Positions 55,488 through 64,000 of a DNA stretch of 64,000 nucleotides are shown here, piece after piece. Numbering within the stretch: the first letter of the stretch is position 1; every line of letters begins with the position of its first letter. Source of the stretch: Candidatus Sabulitectum sp. GTDB taxonomy: Bacteria; Fermentibacterota; Fermentibacteria; Fermentibacterales; JCC-6. Both the position numbers and the translations under genes were made by a program. Below the pieces are notes generated by a model. The model had not been told where the DNA came from and searched no databases. It worked only from the letters and a program-made list of their open reading frames with translations. The stretch is from positions 45,861 through 109,860 of the forward strand of contig JAGLDY010000012.1 of assembly GCA_023145375.1 (NCBI GenBank). Direction: 5' to 3'.

Positions 55488-57722
55488 ATGTCAGGATTAA
55501 TCAGATTTGTTCTTTCAGTATTTCTTCTGAGCAGTTTATCATTTGCAGATATTCTTTACAACAACCTGATGTCGGGTTGTGCAGGTGAGGTAGTATCTAC
55601 TGATTCAAGAAGCATAACCGTTGCATTTACTCTTCAGTCGCTCCATGACGAGAATTCTGGTTTCAGCTCTGTGCTCAGGATACCGGAGGAAGGGCTTGCT
55701 GCGATCCCGGGGCTGCCGGACATGCCTGTGATCCGAAGAATGGTGCAGGTTCCTGATCGTGGGAAAATTGAGTATGAGATAATTGAAAGTGAATCAATTG
55801 TTATCCATCTTACAGGGGAAGTTCCCCCGTTCCAGCCTCTGCCTGTAAGGGGAGAGGGAAGACCTGAATTCGTAATTGACAGTGATTTCTACGACGGTTC
55901 TCATGGCTGGCCTCAATCTCCTGTTATTCTTGAGTCGGTAGAAGTACTAAGAGACATCAGGATCGCCCGTGCAGGTTTTTATCCAGCAAGTTGGAACCCG
56001 TCAACAGGAGATCTTGAGTTAACAACATCACTTACTGTAAGATTTTTTGCCACTGATGAATCAGGAGACAATGAACTTATCAGGACAAGTAGTGATCTCA
56101 CTAGAAGTTATCTTCATTTCTATGATGAAGTATTGGGTTTTGATGACTCCGGAAAAGTTGTTGATGGTTGTTACCTGGTGATATCAACATCAGATGGTAT
56201 CGACACTGTTTCCGAACTGATCAACTGGAAGAACAGAAAAGGGTTTGAAGTAGTTACAGGAATTATTCCGGAGATTGGAACAACTTCTGCCGAGATCGAT
56301 GCGTACATTGAGAACGCTTTCAGTAGTTGGCCGAACCCACCGGAGTACATCTTACTGGTGGGAGATGCAGACATGGTTCCCTCACCGGAGTACAATGGAC
56401 ATTCAGCTGACAATATCTATGGCGTAATAGGCTCGGGCTGTGTGCCAAGTATTCACGTGGGACGGCTTTCCGGAGAGAGCAGTTCTGATCTTCAGTATGA
56501 GGCATGGAAGATAGTTCAACACGAAATGGATCCTTACGAAACAGGAGAAAGCTGGTTCCAGAAAGGTGTAAGCGTTGGCCATACAGAGTTTGTGGAAAAT
56601 TCCTTGGATTACATGGAATACATGATGGCCGCAGGAATGGACCCAATTTGGTTCTGTGAATCCGGCGGTATCACACCAACGGTTTCAGCTCTATCAGACA
56701 CTATCAACAGTGGTATTTCAATCTTCGGCCTTTGCGGACACGGTAGTATTACAAGTATTTCACCTTCAGGTTTTAATATTGGGGATATTGCCGCTCTTCA
56801 GAATGGAAGAAAGCTTCCCTGGTTTGCTCTGGTTGCATGCCAGGTTGGCTGGTTTGACGGAAACTACTGTTTTTGCGAGGCGTTAATGGCAGAGGGTTCA
56901 ATCGGAGATGCAAGAGGCGGGATCGGAGCAATGGGTCCCACTACGAACAGTCCTTACGGCGCAGCGGATTCTCTTGTTAAATGGATATTCAAGGGTTATT
57001 TCCAGGAGGAAGTGCATCATATGGGAGCAGTAACCGACTGGTCCAAAAATGAGGTCTACAGTTATTTCGGTACATCTGCAGTGGATAACAATCACATGCA
57101 CATGCTCTTCGGTTGTCCTGAAATGGATATCTACTACGATACCGCACCTCTAGCTGTGATTGCCTGTACACATCCTGATCCTATACAGCCGGGAACATTT
57201 ACCTTCTCAGTTAACGCGGATGGAACCCCTCTGGAAGGAGCACTGGTAGCGGTGAAGATCTACGACTCCTCAACCGGTCCATGGATGGAATCCGACTATT
57301 CCGATGCTTCAGGGAATGTTTCTTTTTCAATCCCCGGTTTCGGAGCGGTATCGGATGTCTACGTGACAGCTACCGGTTTCAATATGTCCCCCTACCTCTA
57401 TCAGGCTGTTACATCTGTGGAGGAAGCGGAGTACATCAGCCTTAATTTTACAACCGGCCTTCGACTGGGTTCTTCTCCCTGTAGTGGGGCTCTTAACATT
57501 TTCTATACAGTTCATCCAGGCGCAGACGCCAGTGTAGAGTTCTTTGACCTTTCAGGAAGAATCGTACGACTCTTACCTCTCGATACAGAGTCAGGGGGAG
57601 AGATGCAGGTCGTATGGGATGGCAGGGGTTCAGACGGAAACCCGGTTTCCAGCGGAGTATACTATTGTAGATTGAGATCGGGGACTGAAAGCTGTGTTGA
57701 ATCTGTTTTGATGCTTAACTAA
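55488..57722 (+). CDS. peptidase C25 (gingipain-like) paralog with a T9SS C-terminal sorting domain
   Basis: GGAGG SD. Signal peptide. LLVGDADMVP, catalytic His in GLCGHGSITS and Cys in WFALVACQVGWF. CTD VEFFDLSGRIV...GVYYCRL. Confidence 0.8.
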   Translation: MSGLIRFVLSVFLLSSLSFADILYNNLMSGCAGEVVSTDSRSITVAFTLQSLHDENSGFSSVLRIPEEGLAAIPGLPDMPVIRRMVQVPDRGKIEYEIIESESIVIHLTGEVPPFQPLPVRGEGRPEFVIDSDFYDGSHGWPQSPVILESVEVLRDIRIARAGFYPASWNPSTGDLELTTSLTVRFFATDESGDNELIRTSSDLTRSYLHFYDEVLGFDDSGKVVDGCYLVISTSDGIDTVSELINWKNRKGFEVVTGIIPEIGTTSAEIDAYIENAFSSWPNPPEYILLVGDADMVPSPEYNGHSADNIYGVIGSGCVPSIHVGRLSGESSSDLQYEAWKIVQHEMDPYETGESWFQKGVSVGHTEFVENSLDYMEYMMAAGMDPIWFCESGGITPTVSALSDTINSGISIFGLCGHGSITSISPSGFNIGDIAALQNGRKLPWFALVACQVGWFDGNYCFCEALMAEGSIGDARGGIGAMGPTTNSPYGAADSLVKWIFKGYFQEEVHHMGAVTDWSKNEVYSYFGTSAVDNNHMHMLFGCPEMDIYYDTAPLAVIACTHPDPIQPGTFTFSVNADGTPLEGALVAVKIYDSSTGPWMESDYSDASGNVSFSIPGFGAVSDVYVTATGFNMSPYLYQAVTSVEEAEYISLNFTTGLRLGSSPCSGALNIFYTVHPGADASVEFFDLSGRIVRLLPLDTESGGEMQVVWDGRGSDGNPVSSGVYYCRLRSGTESCVESVLMLN

Positions 57723-57846
57723 TGAGTATACGGCAGTTTCTTACTACGAGATTCCTCCCACGGCACTGCAAGACCCTGACGAGTTCTGCCGTTGAACCAG
57801 GAGCTCTCCTTTGACTTCCTGATCGGGGTCATCACAGTGGCAGGTT

Positions 57847-59226
57847 TTATCTGTTGAATTTAAAGTACTGGCCGAAGGGTTCCAGGTAACCTGAAGGTGC
57901 GTACTCACCTGTACTCTTCACAACTTCATACTTGCCTGCGTAATCTCCTGCAGCTACTTTCTTCAGCATGACAATTAGCCTGTCCACGTCTTCCTTCGTG
58001 CTGTAGCATCCCAGGCTCATTCTCACCATACCGGGCATATTTGACTTGTCGCCGGCAAGGAATTCATCTTTCCAGGATTCAGTTTCCATATCAGAGAGAG
58101 AGAGAAGGCTGACCACATAGGGGTGAGCGCAGAAGCAGCCACTTCTTACACCTATACCGCCCTCATAGCCTAGAACTGCGGCTAGAAGAGAGTGAAGAAC
58201 GCCCTTTATATTGAATGGGATGACACCAACTCTGTCAAGCTTGTCAGGGTCACTTTCGCCGTAAATGATCATCCCTGGAACTTCCTTCAGGCGATTGAGG
58301 GCGTATTTTGTAAGTATAACTTCATGCTCCTCGACCCTCTTCATGGTGTAGTTCATCAGAGCCAGCGCAGAAGCTGCAAGGGCTATTGCTCCTGCCACAT
58401 TCGGGCTGCCTGCCTCTTCCTTGTCAGGGAGACCTGCCCAGTAAACCTTATTGGAGGTAACTACGCTTACAGTACCTCCTCCGCTGTAGTCAGGAGAGTG
58501 GTTGAGAAAAGCATGCTTCGGTCCTATAAGGACTCCCGTGCCGTACGGGGCATACATTTTATGACCAGCCAGTACAATGAAATCAAGATGTTCAGGGTCA
58601 TCATCAGGTTTCATGTCAATTTCCCTGTGAGGAGCAAGCTGAGCAGCATCAACAAGGATCAGAGAGCCCGCCTCATGCACTTTCCTGGCAAGTCTGTGTA
58701 TCGGCTGAATGTACCCAGTGACATTTGCTGCACCTGTTATGGCAACGAGTACCAGGTTATCCTTGTGCTTTGCAAGCTTCCTGTCAAAGTCATCTTCATC
58801 AAGTCGTCCATCAGGAAGGATATCAGCATAAACCACTTTAAAGTGATCCCGCCAGGGGAGGTCATTGGAATGGTGTTCCATTCTTGTGGTTATCACAACG
58901 CAATCGTCGCCTGATGGAAGGGAATGGGCAAGTTTGTTAATAGCCTCAGAGGCATTCTTTCCGAAGATTACAGTATTTGAAGTAAGATCAGCTTTTACGA
59001 ATTGTGCAATGATCTCTCTTGCTTCGTCGAATATTCTTGTACTGAGACGGGATTTGAAGCCGGTTCCTCTGTGTACACTGGAGTAGTAGGGCATGAAGTC
59101 ATTCAAGGCATTAACAGAGTCGATCATTGGTGGAGAGCTTGCTCCATTGTCAAGGTTGACATAGGTCACAGTTGAGCCGTCGAGCAAAGGAGTTTCCCTG
59201 TCCAGACCAAGAATTCTGTCTCTCAT
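57847..59226 (-). CDS. class V aminotransferase-fold PLP enzyme (cysteine desulfurase/selenocysteine-lyase-like)
   Basis: PLP-lysine context LAGHKMYAPYGTGVL. C-terminal RSGCFCAHPY motif. 459 aa. Confidence 0.8.
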   Translation of the reverse strand: MRDRILGLDRETPLLDGSTVTYVNLDNGASSPPMIDSVNALNDFMPYYSSVHRGTGFKSRLSTRIFDEAREIIAQFVKADLTSNTVIFGKNASEAINKLAHSLPSGDDCVVITTRMEHHSNDLPWRDHFKVVYADILPDGRLDEDDFDRKLAKHKDNLVLVAITGAANVTGYIQPIHRLARKVHEAGSLILVDAAQLAPHREIDMKPDDDPEHLDFIVLAGHKMYAPYGTGVLIGPKHAFLNHSPDYSGGGTVSVVTSNKVYWAGLPDKEEAGSPNVAGAIALAASALALMNYTMKRVEEHEVILTKYALNRLKEVPGMIIYGESDPDKLDRVGVIPFNIKGVLHSLLAAVLGYEGGIGVRSGCFCAHPYVVSLLSLSDMETESWKDEFLAGDKSNMPGMVRMSLGCYSTKEDVDRLIVMLKKVAAGDYAGKYEVVKSTGEYAPSGYLEPFGQYFKFNR

Positions 59227-59927
59227 TTTTCACCCTTTATTGTAATGTAATCATTTTTTCTCGCGAACAAGCTAAACCTCAACCTAATATACCTTAACAT
59301 TTCATGAAACTCAACACTGTTCTATGAATACAGCGTAATCAGTCTACCTGCAGGCCTGTATGTGAAAGCAACAGACAACAGGTCCCCCGAAGGGATTCCC
59401 GTTCGGTTGTTGAGGACAGACTGATCTACACCACAAGGTGGTGGTTTTATCAAGCGAGATAGGGACTGCAATGAAGATCAACACTTTGAAGTGGCATAAG
59501 AACCCTTATACATCTACAGATGCTCAGTGTGAAGGGTTCAGTATCTATCTTGGTCTTTGCGCGAACGAATAATTGTCCAGCAGTTCTTTTGACGGGGACT
59601 ACATCCCAGGAACAAAAACTCTTGTTTACAGCACCAGTCTTCTGGTGGTTGATCAGAACAGCGACTGGAAAGAAATTGTTCTTGATGAAGCCTGCTTCTA
59701 CAATGGTTCTGACAATCTGATCATTGAGATACAGTGAGAAAATGCCTCCTGGAGCAATTCCTGCTGCAATCATGAGTGGATGGCAGGTGAGAATCGTTGT
59801 ATCTTCAGGCAGGCTTCACCAGATATAAAGGTTGAGTTGGGACGATAGACCAGAATACAGTATTACCGGCTTTTCAGGAACTATCTCCTCCTCTTGCAAT
59901 AGAACTTGTTAAAGAAAGGGGATATTC

Positions 59928-60557
59928 ATGTTTACAGTATTCTTTTGTTCAGCTCTTCTGGGTTTCTCCGGATACTCCTCAGGAGAGATAATGCTTGATC
60001 GTTTTCTCGCAAACGATGGTTTGACCTTTGAGGAATTTCGTGAGGAGTTTGCTGACTTCCAGAACGATCAGTGGGGAAGACCCTCTTCAAGAGGATGGAT
60101 AGTTAGAATGTACGACTGGGAAAGTGAGATACCTGCAATGCGGGGAATTTCAAGACTTCTTTCCAGACTTGCTCTTTCCCGGGATCAGCACTGCTATCTT
60201 GATGCTCTGACCTTCTATACAGAGTTTCAACTTGAAGCTGTTCGTTCAACCTATGGAACCGATTCAGGGAGAATGGATTTCTTTAACGCATTCACTGAAG
60301 ATGTTTACATGGAAACTACCGTGTACTTTGCCTTTGAAGAGAGGCAGTGGTATCAAAGTGAGATGAATGACCTTATGGCCTGGACCATGGGTATGGTGAA
60401 TGACATGCTGACAGCGGAACAACTGGATGACGCTGAATACATTGTTGATTGGGAGCTGGAGAGCTGGAGTGTTCGGGACTCCTGGTCATACTGGTATGAC
60501 GAGTGGAGACATGACCCCCGCCGGGACTTTCGTGATCCCGGCAGGATCAGGAGATAA
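59928..60557 (+). CDS. hypothetical secreted protein
   Basis: AAAGGGGA SD. N-terminal signal-like segment MFTVFFCSALLGFSGYSSG. Trp/acid-rich. Confidence 0.45.
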   Translation: MFTVFFCSALLGFSGYSSGEIMLDRFLANDGLTFEEFREEFADFQNDQWGRPSSRGWIVRMYDWESEIPAMRGISRLLSRLALSRDQHCYLDALTFYTEFQLEAVRSTYGTDSGRMDFFNAFTEDVYMETTVYFAFEERQWYQSEMNDLMAWTMGMVNDMLTAEQLDDAEYIVDWELESWSVRDSWSYWYDEWRHDPRRDFRDPGRIRR

Positions 60558-60561
60558 AGGA

Positions 60562-61041
60562 CTAGCCTTTAAGGAATTTACGCAGATCCGTCATATTCTT
60601 TTTCATATCCCTGTTCGCCACAGCTATGGTGGTGAAAGCTATATCAATGAACTGGAGCCGATTGATAAGTATCTTTACAAGACTAAGAAGGATCTTTGTG
60701 GTGATAACAGGCTTTGACTCGATCATTTCAAGGAAAGCATCCCACTTAATTCCGTATACAACGCTGTCTTCAGTGGCTTTAACTGTTGCCGACCTTGGAG
60801 ACCCGTCCAGAAAAGACATCTCACCGAAGACGTCCCATTCAGAAAAGATGGCCAGGGGGACCGAATCTTCGTCCCAGCTGTCACTGGCAGTGGCAGAGCC
60901 TGTCTTTATCACAAACATCTCCCGGGACTCTTCATCTTTCGTTACTATTTCTGTTCCTGCAGGGAATACCTTCTTCTCGCAACGGGAAATGAATTCTGTT
61001 CTCTCGACATCGCTGAGGTCATCAAGAAACTTTCTGTGCAT
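60562..61041 (-). CDS. stand-alone cyclic-nucleotide-binding (CAP-effector) domain protein
   Basis: GGAGGG SD. cNMP-binding signature FGEMSFLDGSPRSATVKA with the preceding beta-roll. No HTH or other output domain. Confidence 0.75.
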   Translation of the reverse strand: MHRKFLDDLSDVERTEFISRCEKKVFPAGTEIVTKDEESREMFVIKTGSATASDSWDEDSVPLAIFSEWDVFGEMSFLDGSPRSATVKATEDSVVYGIKWDAFLEMIESKPVITTKILLSLVKILINRLQFIDIAFTTIAVANRDMKKNMTDLRKFLKG

Positions 61042-61112
61042 GCTACCCTCCGTTTCGGTTTATCCATTACAATAGCATGAAACAACCCTGATGAAAAGGA
61101 TGTAGAGATAAA

Positions 61113-61292
61113 ATGATTATTCTTTCTTTGTCTGCAGCACTGATTCTTGTTCTCCGGGGTTGTGAAGGAGAAGAAAACATCGTGGAAAAGGCGTCACAGG
61201 GAGATTTAATCAATTCATATGGTTTCCCTGCATTTGACCCTGACCCTGATGACTGGCCCAGAATCTATCTTCTGGAGGTAAGTGAGCAATGA
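61113..61292 (+). CDS. 59-aa putative lipoprotein, below the ORF-track cutoff
   Basis: MIILSLSAALILVLRGCEGEEN, lipobox LRGC. Its stop overlaps the next ATG as ATGA. Confidence 0.35.
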   Translation: MIILSLSAALILVLRGCEGEENIVEKASQGDLINSYGFPAFDPDPDDWPRIYLLEVSEQ

Positions 61293-62662
61293 TACCTCTT
61301 TTGAATCTTCTGCTCTCTCTTCCATGCTTTTCCACTGTTATAGAGAGCGAATATCCACAGCTTTTCAGTTATTCCAAAGAAACCGGTAGTGGGTACATGA
61401 CCCTGGGAAACCTCTCTTCCAGTTGGGGAGGAGTACCGCATCTCGTTACATACACCTTTGATGAGTACGGAATGATTTCATCTCAGACAACCGCTTCTTT
61501 TCCCGGTGCGCTGCAAAATGCTACAGATGTTCAGGATGGCATGGTGGTTGTATGTTCAGATAGTGACAATGGGGTCGTAAGAGTGGCAGGAATAGATGAG
61601 ACCGGTTCTGAGAATTGGCTCACAGTCTTTGCCGGAGAGTTCGCGGAGAATGCGGTTGTTCGGGATTCAGGGTCAGATATTCTTCTTGCTGGCAATGATG
61701 CGGAAGCTCTTCGAATTGCCAGACTGAACTATTCAGGAGAAGTTTTGTGGAGCATCCCTTACCCTGAGATCGATCTGTCTGTTTGTGATATCTCTGCATA
61801 CAATGGTGATATTTACGTTCTGTGCCAGGTCGAGCAGTCTAGCTGGGACAGAGGCATTTCTATCCTTGTACTTAATGAAACAGGTGGTGATCCACAGTTG
61901 TTTGCAGTGGGTCTCCCGGCATGGAGATATTCTCCGGTTTCAATTGAAGCTGATCCACGGGGGCTGTTCATTCTGGCAAATGTCATGACTGAAGAGAACA
62001 ATATGATCTACGAGTCCATGCTTTTAAAGCTTAACTACTTCATGGAGATACAGTGGGCAGGGTCAAGAAATGGCACAAGCTGGGAAAGAGGGACCGATCT
62101 ACTTTTGCTTAATGAGGGGTTTACAGTGTGTGGCTGGACAAATTCTCTTTCTTTCAGCGAATCCAACAGGTCTGACCTTTTTGTATGTAACTATGATGAA
62201 AATGGTGAGCTTCTCTGGGATAGAACCCACGGCACTTCTTCCACAGACTACGGGCTGGATGTTTCACAGGTAAGTGATGGAGGCTTTCTCTTTTCCGGCT
62301 GCGTAACAGAGGAATTCTACAAGGGCTGGCTACTCAAGACCGATTCACTGGGATTCCTTGTGCCTCAAGGATTTGAGAACCCGGCAAATCCTTCGTTCTC
62401 GGCTGTTCTCACAAGCAATCCTCTAAGAAGCGGTGCTTTAAGTTTTACTGTAAACTGTACAGAAAGCAGAATGCTTGAGATCAGCATTTTTGACATTGCC
62501 GGAAGAATTGTCACTGAAACATCTTCCACTGTTCAATCTGGAGAGAGTACAGTTGATATTGTCCATTCGCTACCTCCGGGTATCTATTCCGTGCGTATTC
62601 TTCTTCCCACTGAAGACAGGGAGATCTGTTTAAGAGCAGTTGTCCCAGGGGGTGGAAAATGA
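61289..62662 (+). CDS. secreted repeat (beta-propeller-like) protein with a T9SS C-terminal sorting domain
   Basis: Signal peptide. CTD LTSNPLRSGALSFTV...ISIFDIAGRIV...GIYSVRI. Confidence 0.65.
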   Translation: MIPLLNLLLSLPCFSTVIESEYPQLFSYSKETGSGYMTLGNLSSSWGGVPHLVTYTFDEYGMISSQTTASFPGALQNATDVQDGMVVVCSDSDNGVVRVAGIDETGSENWLTVFAGEFAENAVVRDSGSDILLAGNDAEALRIARLNYSGEVLWSIPYPEIDLSVCDISAYNGDIYVLCQVEQSSWDRGISILVLNETGGDPQLFAVGLPAWRYSPVSIEADPRGLFILANVMTEENNMIYESMLLKLNYFMEIQWAGSRNGTSWERGTDLLLLNEGFTVCGWTNSLSFSESNRSDLFVCNYDENGELLWDRTHGTSSTDYGLDVSQVSDGGFLFSGCVTEEFYKGWLLKTDSLGFLVPQGFENPANPSFSAVLTSNPLRSGALSFTVNCTESRMLEISIFDIAGRIVTETSSTVQSGESTVDIVHSLPPGIYSVRILLPTEDREICLRAVVPGGGK

Positions 62663-63366
62663 CAGTGACAGCTCTATTCATGGTGCTTATATCAGGACCG
62701 TCCATGTTCTTTGTGGGTAACAGCTACACATTCGGAAACGGTGGTCTCTGGGCGCATGTAAAACAGATCTACGACTCAGTTGAGTCTGACACTCTGTCTG
62801 TTGATGCCTGTACTTCAGGTGGTGCAACCTTTGAGAACCACTGGGAAAACCAGGCTCTGCGCATTGAGCTGGAGTCTGGAAACTGGGATACTGTCGTATT
62901 TCAGGAACAGAGTTGTATGCCAGTCATCAACCCGGCGATGACATATCTCTACGGAGACAGTCTGGCATGGCTCACTTCTTCCGCCGGTGGAGAGCCTGTA
63001 TTCCTGATGACCTGGGCAAGGAAGAATGATCCCTTAATGCTGGAGGGGCTTGAGCTGGGTTACTCCAGAATGGGATATATACACAGTTCAAGTGTTACTC
63101 CCTGTGGGATAGCGTTTGATCTGATAAAAAGAGGGCACCCGGAGATAGACCCCTATGCAGGTGATGGTGCCCATCCTTCAGTGCATGGCACTTACCTGGC
63201 TGCTTGTGTAATAGCTGTAACAGTTTACGGTACAGACATTCTTTCAGCAGGTATCTGGCAACCTTCTGATGTCTCCCGGGAGGATGGCGAAATACTGCGC
63301 TATACAGCGATACAGGCTTGTACTGACTATCAACAGCCCGGACAGAGAGGAGAGGCATCGGAATGA
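62659..63366 (+). CDS. SGNH/GDSL-hydrolase-like protein
   Basis: Block I-like FFVGNSYTFGNGG. ATGA overlaps with both neighbouring genes. Confidence 0.45.
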   Translation: MTVTALFMVLISGPSMFFVGNSYTFGNGGLWAHVKQIYDSVESDTLSVDACTSGGATFENHWENQALRIELESGNWDTVVFQEQSCMPVINPAMTYLYGDSLAWLTSSAGGEPVFLMTWARKNDPLMLEGLELGYSRMGYIHSSSVTPCGIAFDLIKRGHPEIDPYAGDGAHPSVHGTYLAACVIAVTVYGTDILSAGIWQPSDVSREDGEILRYTAIQACTDYQQPGQRGEASE

Positions 63367-64000
63367 CGTACAACACGGTGATATTCGACCTTGATGGAAC
63401 CCTGATAAACACGATTCCTGACGTAGTAGCTGTGGTCAACTCTGTCATTGAACAGATCGGCATGGCAGCAAGAACAGAGGGCCAGGTGAGCGCCTGCGTG
63501 GGTTATGGCGTTGAACACCTCCTCCGGGAGCTGGGTGTTCCGGAAGAATGGAACTCCCCTCTTGCTCTGGAAGTTGAGAGTGGATACGCTGTGGTGAGAA
63601 ATTCAAAAGCCTCTGTGTATCCCGGGGTAAGGGAGATGCTCACAGAACTCAGCCAGGCTGGTCTCAATTTGCTGGTTCTAAGCAATAAACCACAGAGAGG
63701 TCTTGATAGATCCATCTCTGATCACCTTTCGTTCGCTGACATTCTTATGTACAGAGGTTCTCACATGGGCAAACCTGCAAAGCCTTCTCCGGAAACACTG
63801 TTGGAGATGCTTAAAGATCTTGATATCAACCCCGAGACCGTGCTAATGGTTGGAGACGGTGAACCTGATGTCCTTGTTTCAAAGGCTGCCGGGGTAGATT
63901 GCCTTTCGGTACTGTGGGGGTTCAGAACCAGAGAAGAGCTTGAGGAAGCAGGAGCCAGGATGTTTGCCGAAAAACCGGAGGATGTTCTCAGTCACATTCT
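63363..64000 (+). CDS. HAD-IA family hydrolase (phosphoglycolate-phosphatase-like), 3'-truncated at the window end
   Basis: Motif I VIFDLDGTLINT. Motif III/IV KPAKPSPE...MVGDGEPDV. No stop before position 64000. Confidence 0.8.
   Translation, partial: MTYNTVIFDLDGTLINTIPDVVAVVNSVIEQIGMAARTEGQVSACVGYGVEHLLRELGVPEEWNSPLALEVESGYAVVRNSKASVYPGVREMLTELSQAGLNLLVLSNKPQRGLDRSISDHLSFADILMYRGSHMGKPAKPSPETLLEMLKDLDINPETVLMVGDGEPDVLVSKAAGVDCLSVLWGFRTREELEEAGARMFAEKPEDVLSHI

Noticed and set aside
59450-59773. 107-aa minus-strand ORF in the 700-bp intergenic gap
   Set aside because: It has no SD and is not obviously protein-like, but it is the only ORF in the gap. I left it uncalled and flagged the region as a possible sRNA instead.

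Overview
This 64-kb window is a densely coding (about 49% GC) chromosomal stretch of what looks like an uncultivated FCB-superphylum bacterium. Three observations support that placement, and none was checked against a database: six predicted secreted proteins end in a Por/type IX secretion (T9SS) C-terminal sorting domain; most genes have clear Shine-Dalgarno sites, which argues against Bacteroidia proper; and a tiny unlisted ORF encodes a bS22-like ultra-basic peptide. Nearly all of the window is ordinary core and cell-envelope content. This includes the argR-carA-carB operon, the pcm methyltransferase, rmuC, an HU/IHF-family protein, two tRNAs (Ala-GGC and Arg-CCG), and a TetR-regulated RND efflux pump. 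It also includes an ApbE / AmmeMemoRadiSam radical-SAM / NusG-II-like cluster, a DUF1007-NicO metal-transporter pair, a serpin, a class I/II aminotransferase next to a C-N hydrolase, and two gingipain-like C25 peptidases. I found no CRISPR array, transposase or integrase. The most unusual locus is at 50.2-52.8 kb, where two overlapping genes are bracketed by a pair of roughly 95-bp imperfect direct repeats. The first gene encodes a wHTH protein with an N-terminal PD-(D/E)xK-like motif. The second encodes a minimal polymerase-beta-type nucleotidyltransferase. The pair sits downstream of an 0.8-kb AT-rich non-coding tract. I read it as an AbiE-like type IV toxin-antitoxin / abortive-infection module with an atypical domain order, but that assignment is inference. 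Other items worth a second look are a 1073-aa adenylate-cyclase/STAND-NTPase/TPR sensor, a pair of paralogous 130-aa proteins of unknown function 10 kb apart, a septoil-knot-like small-gene trio, an ApbE gene with no canonical start codon, and an ARG-box-like palindrome in the argR promoter.
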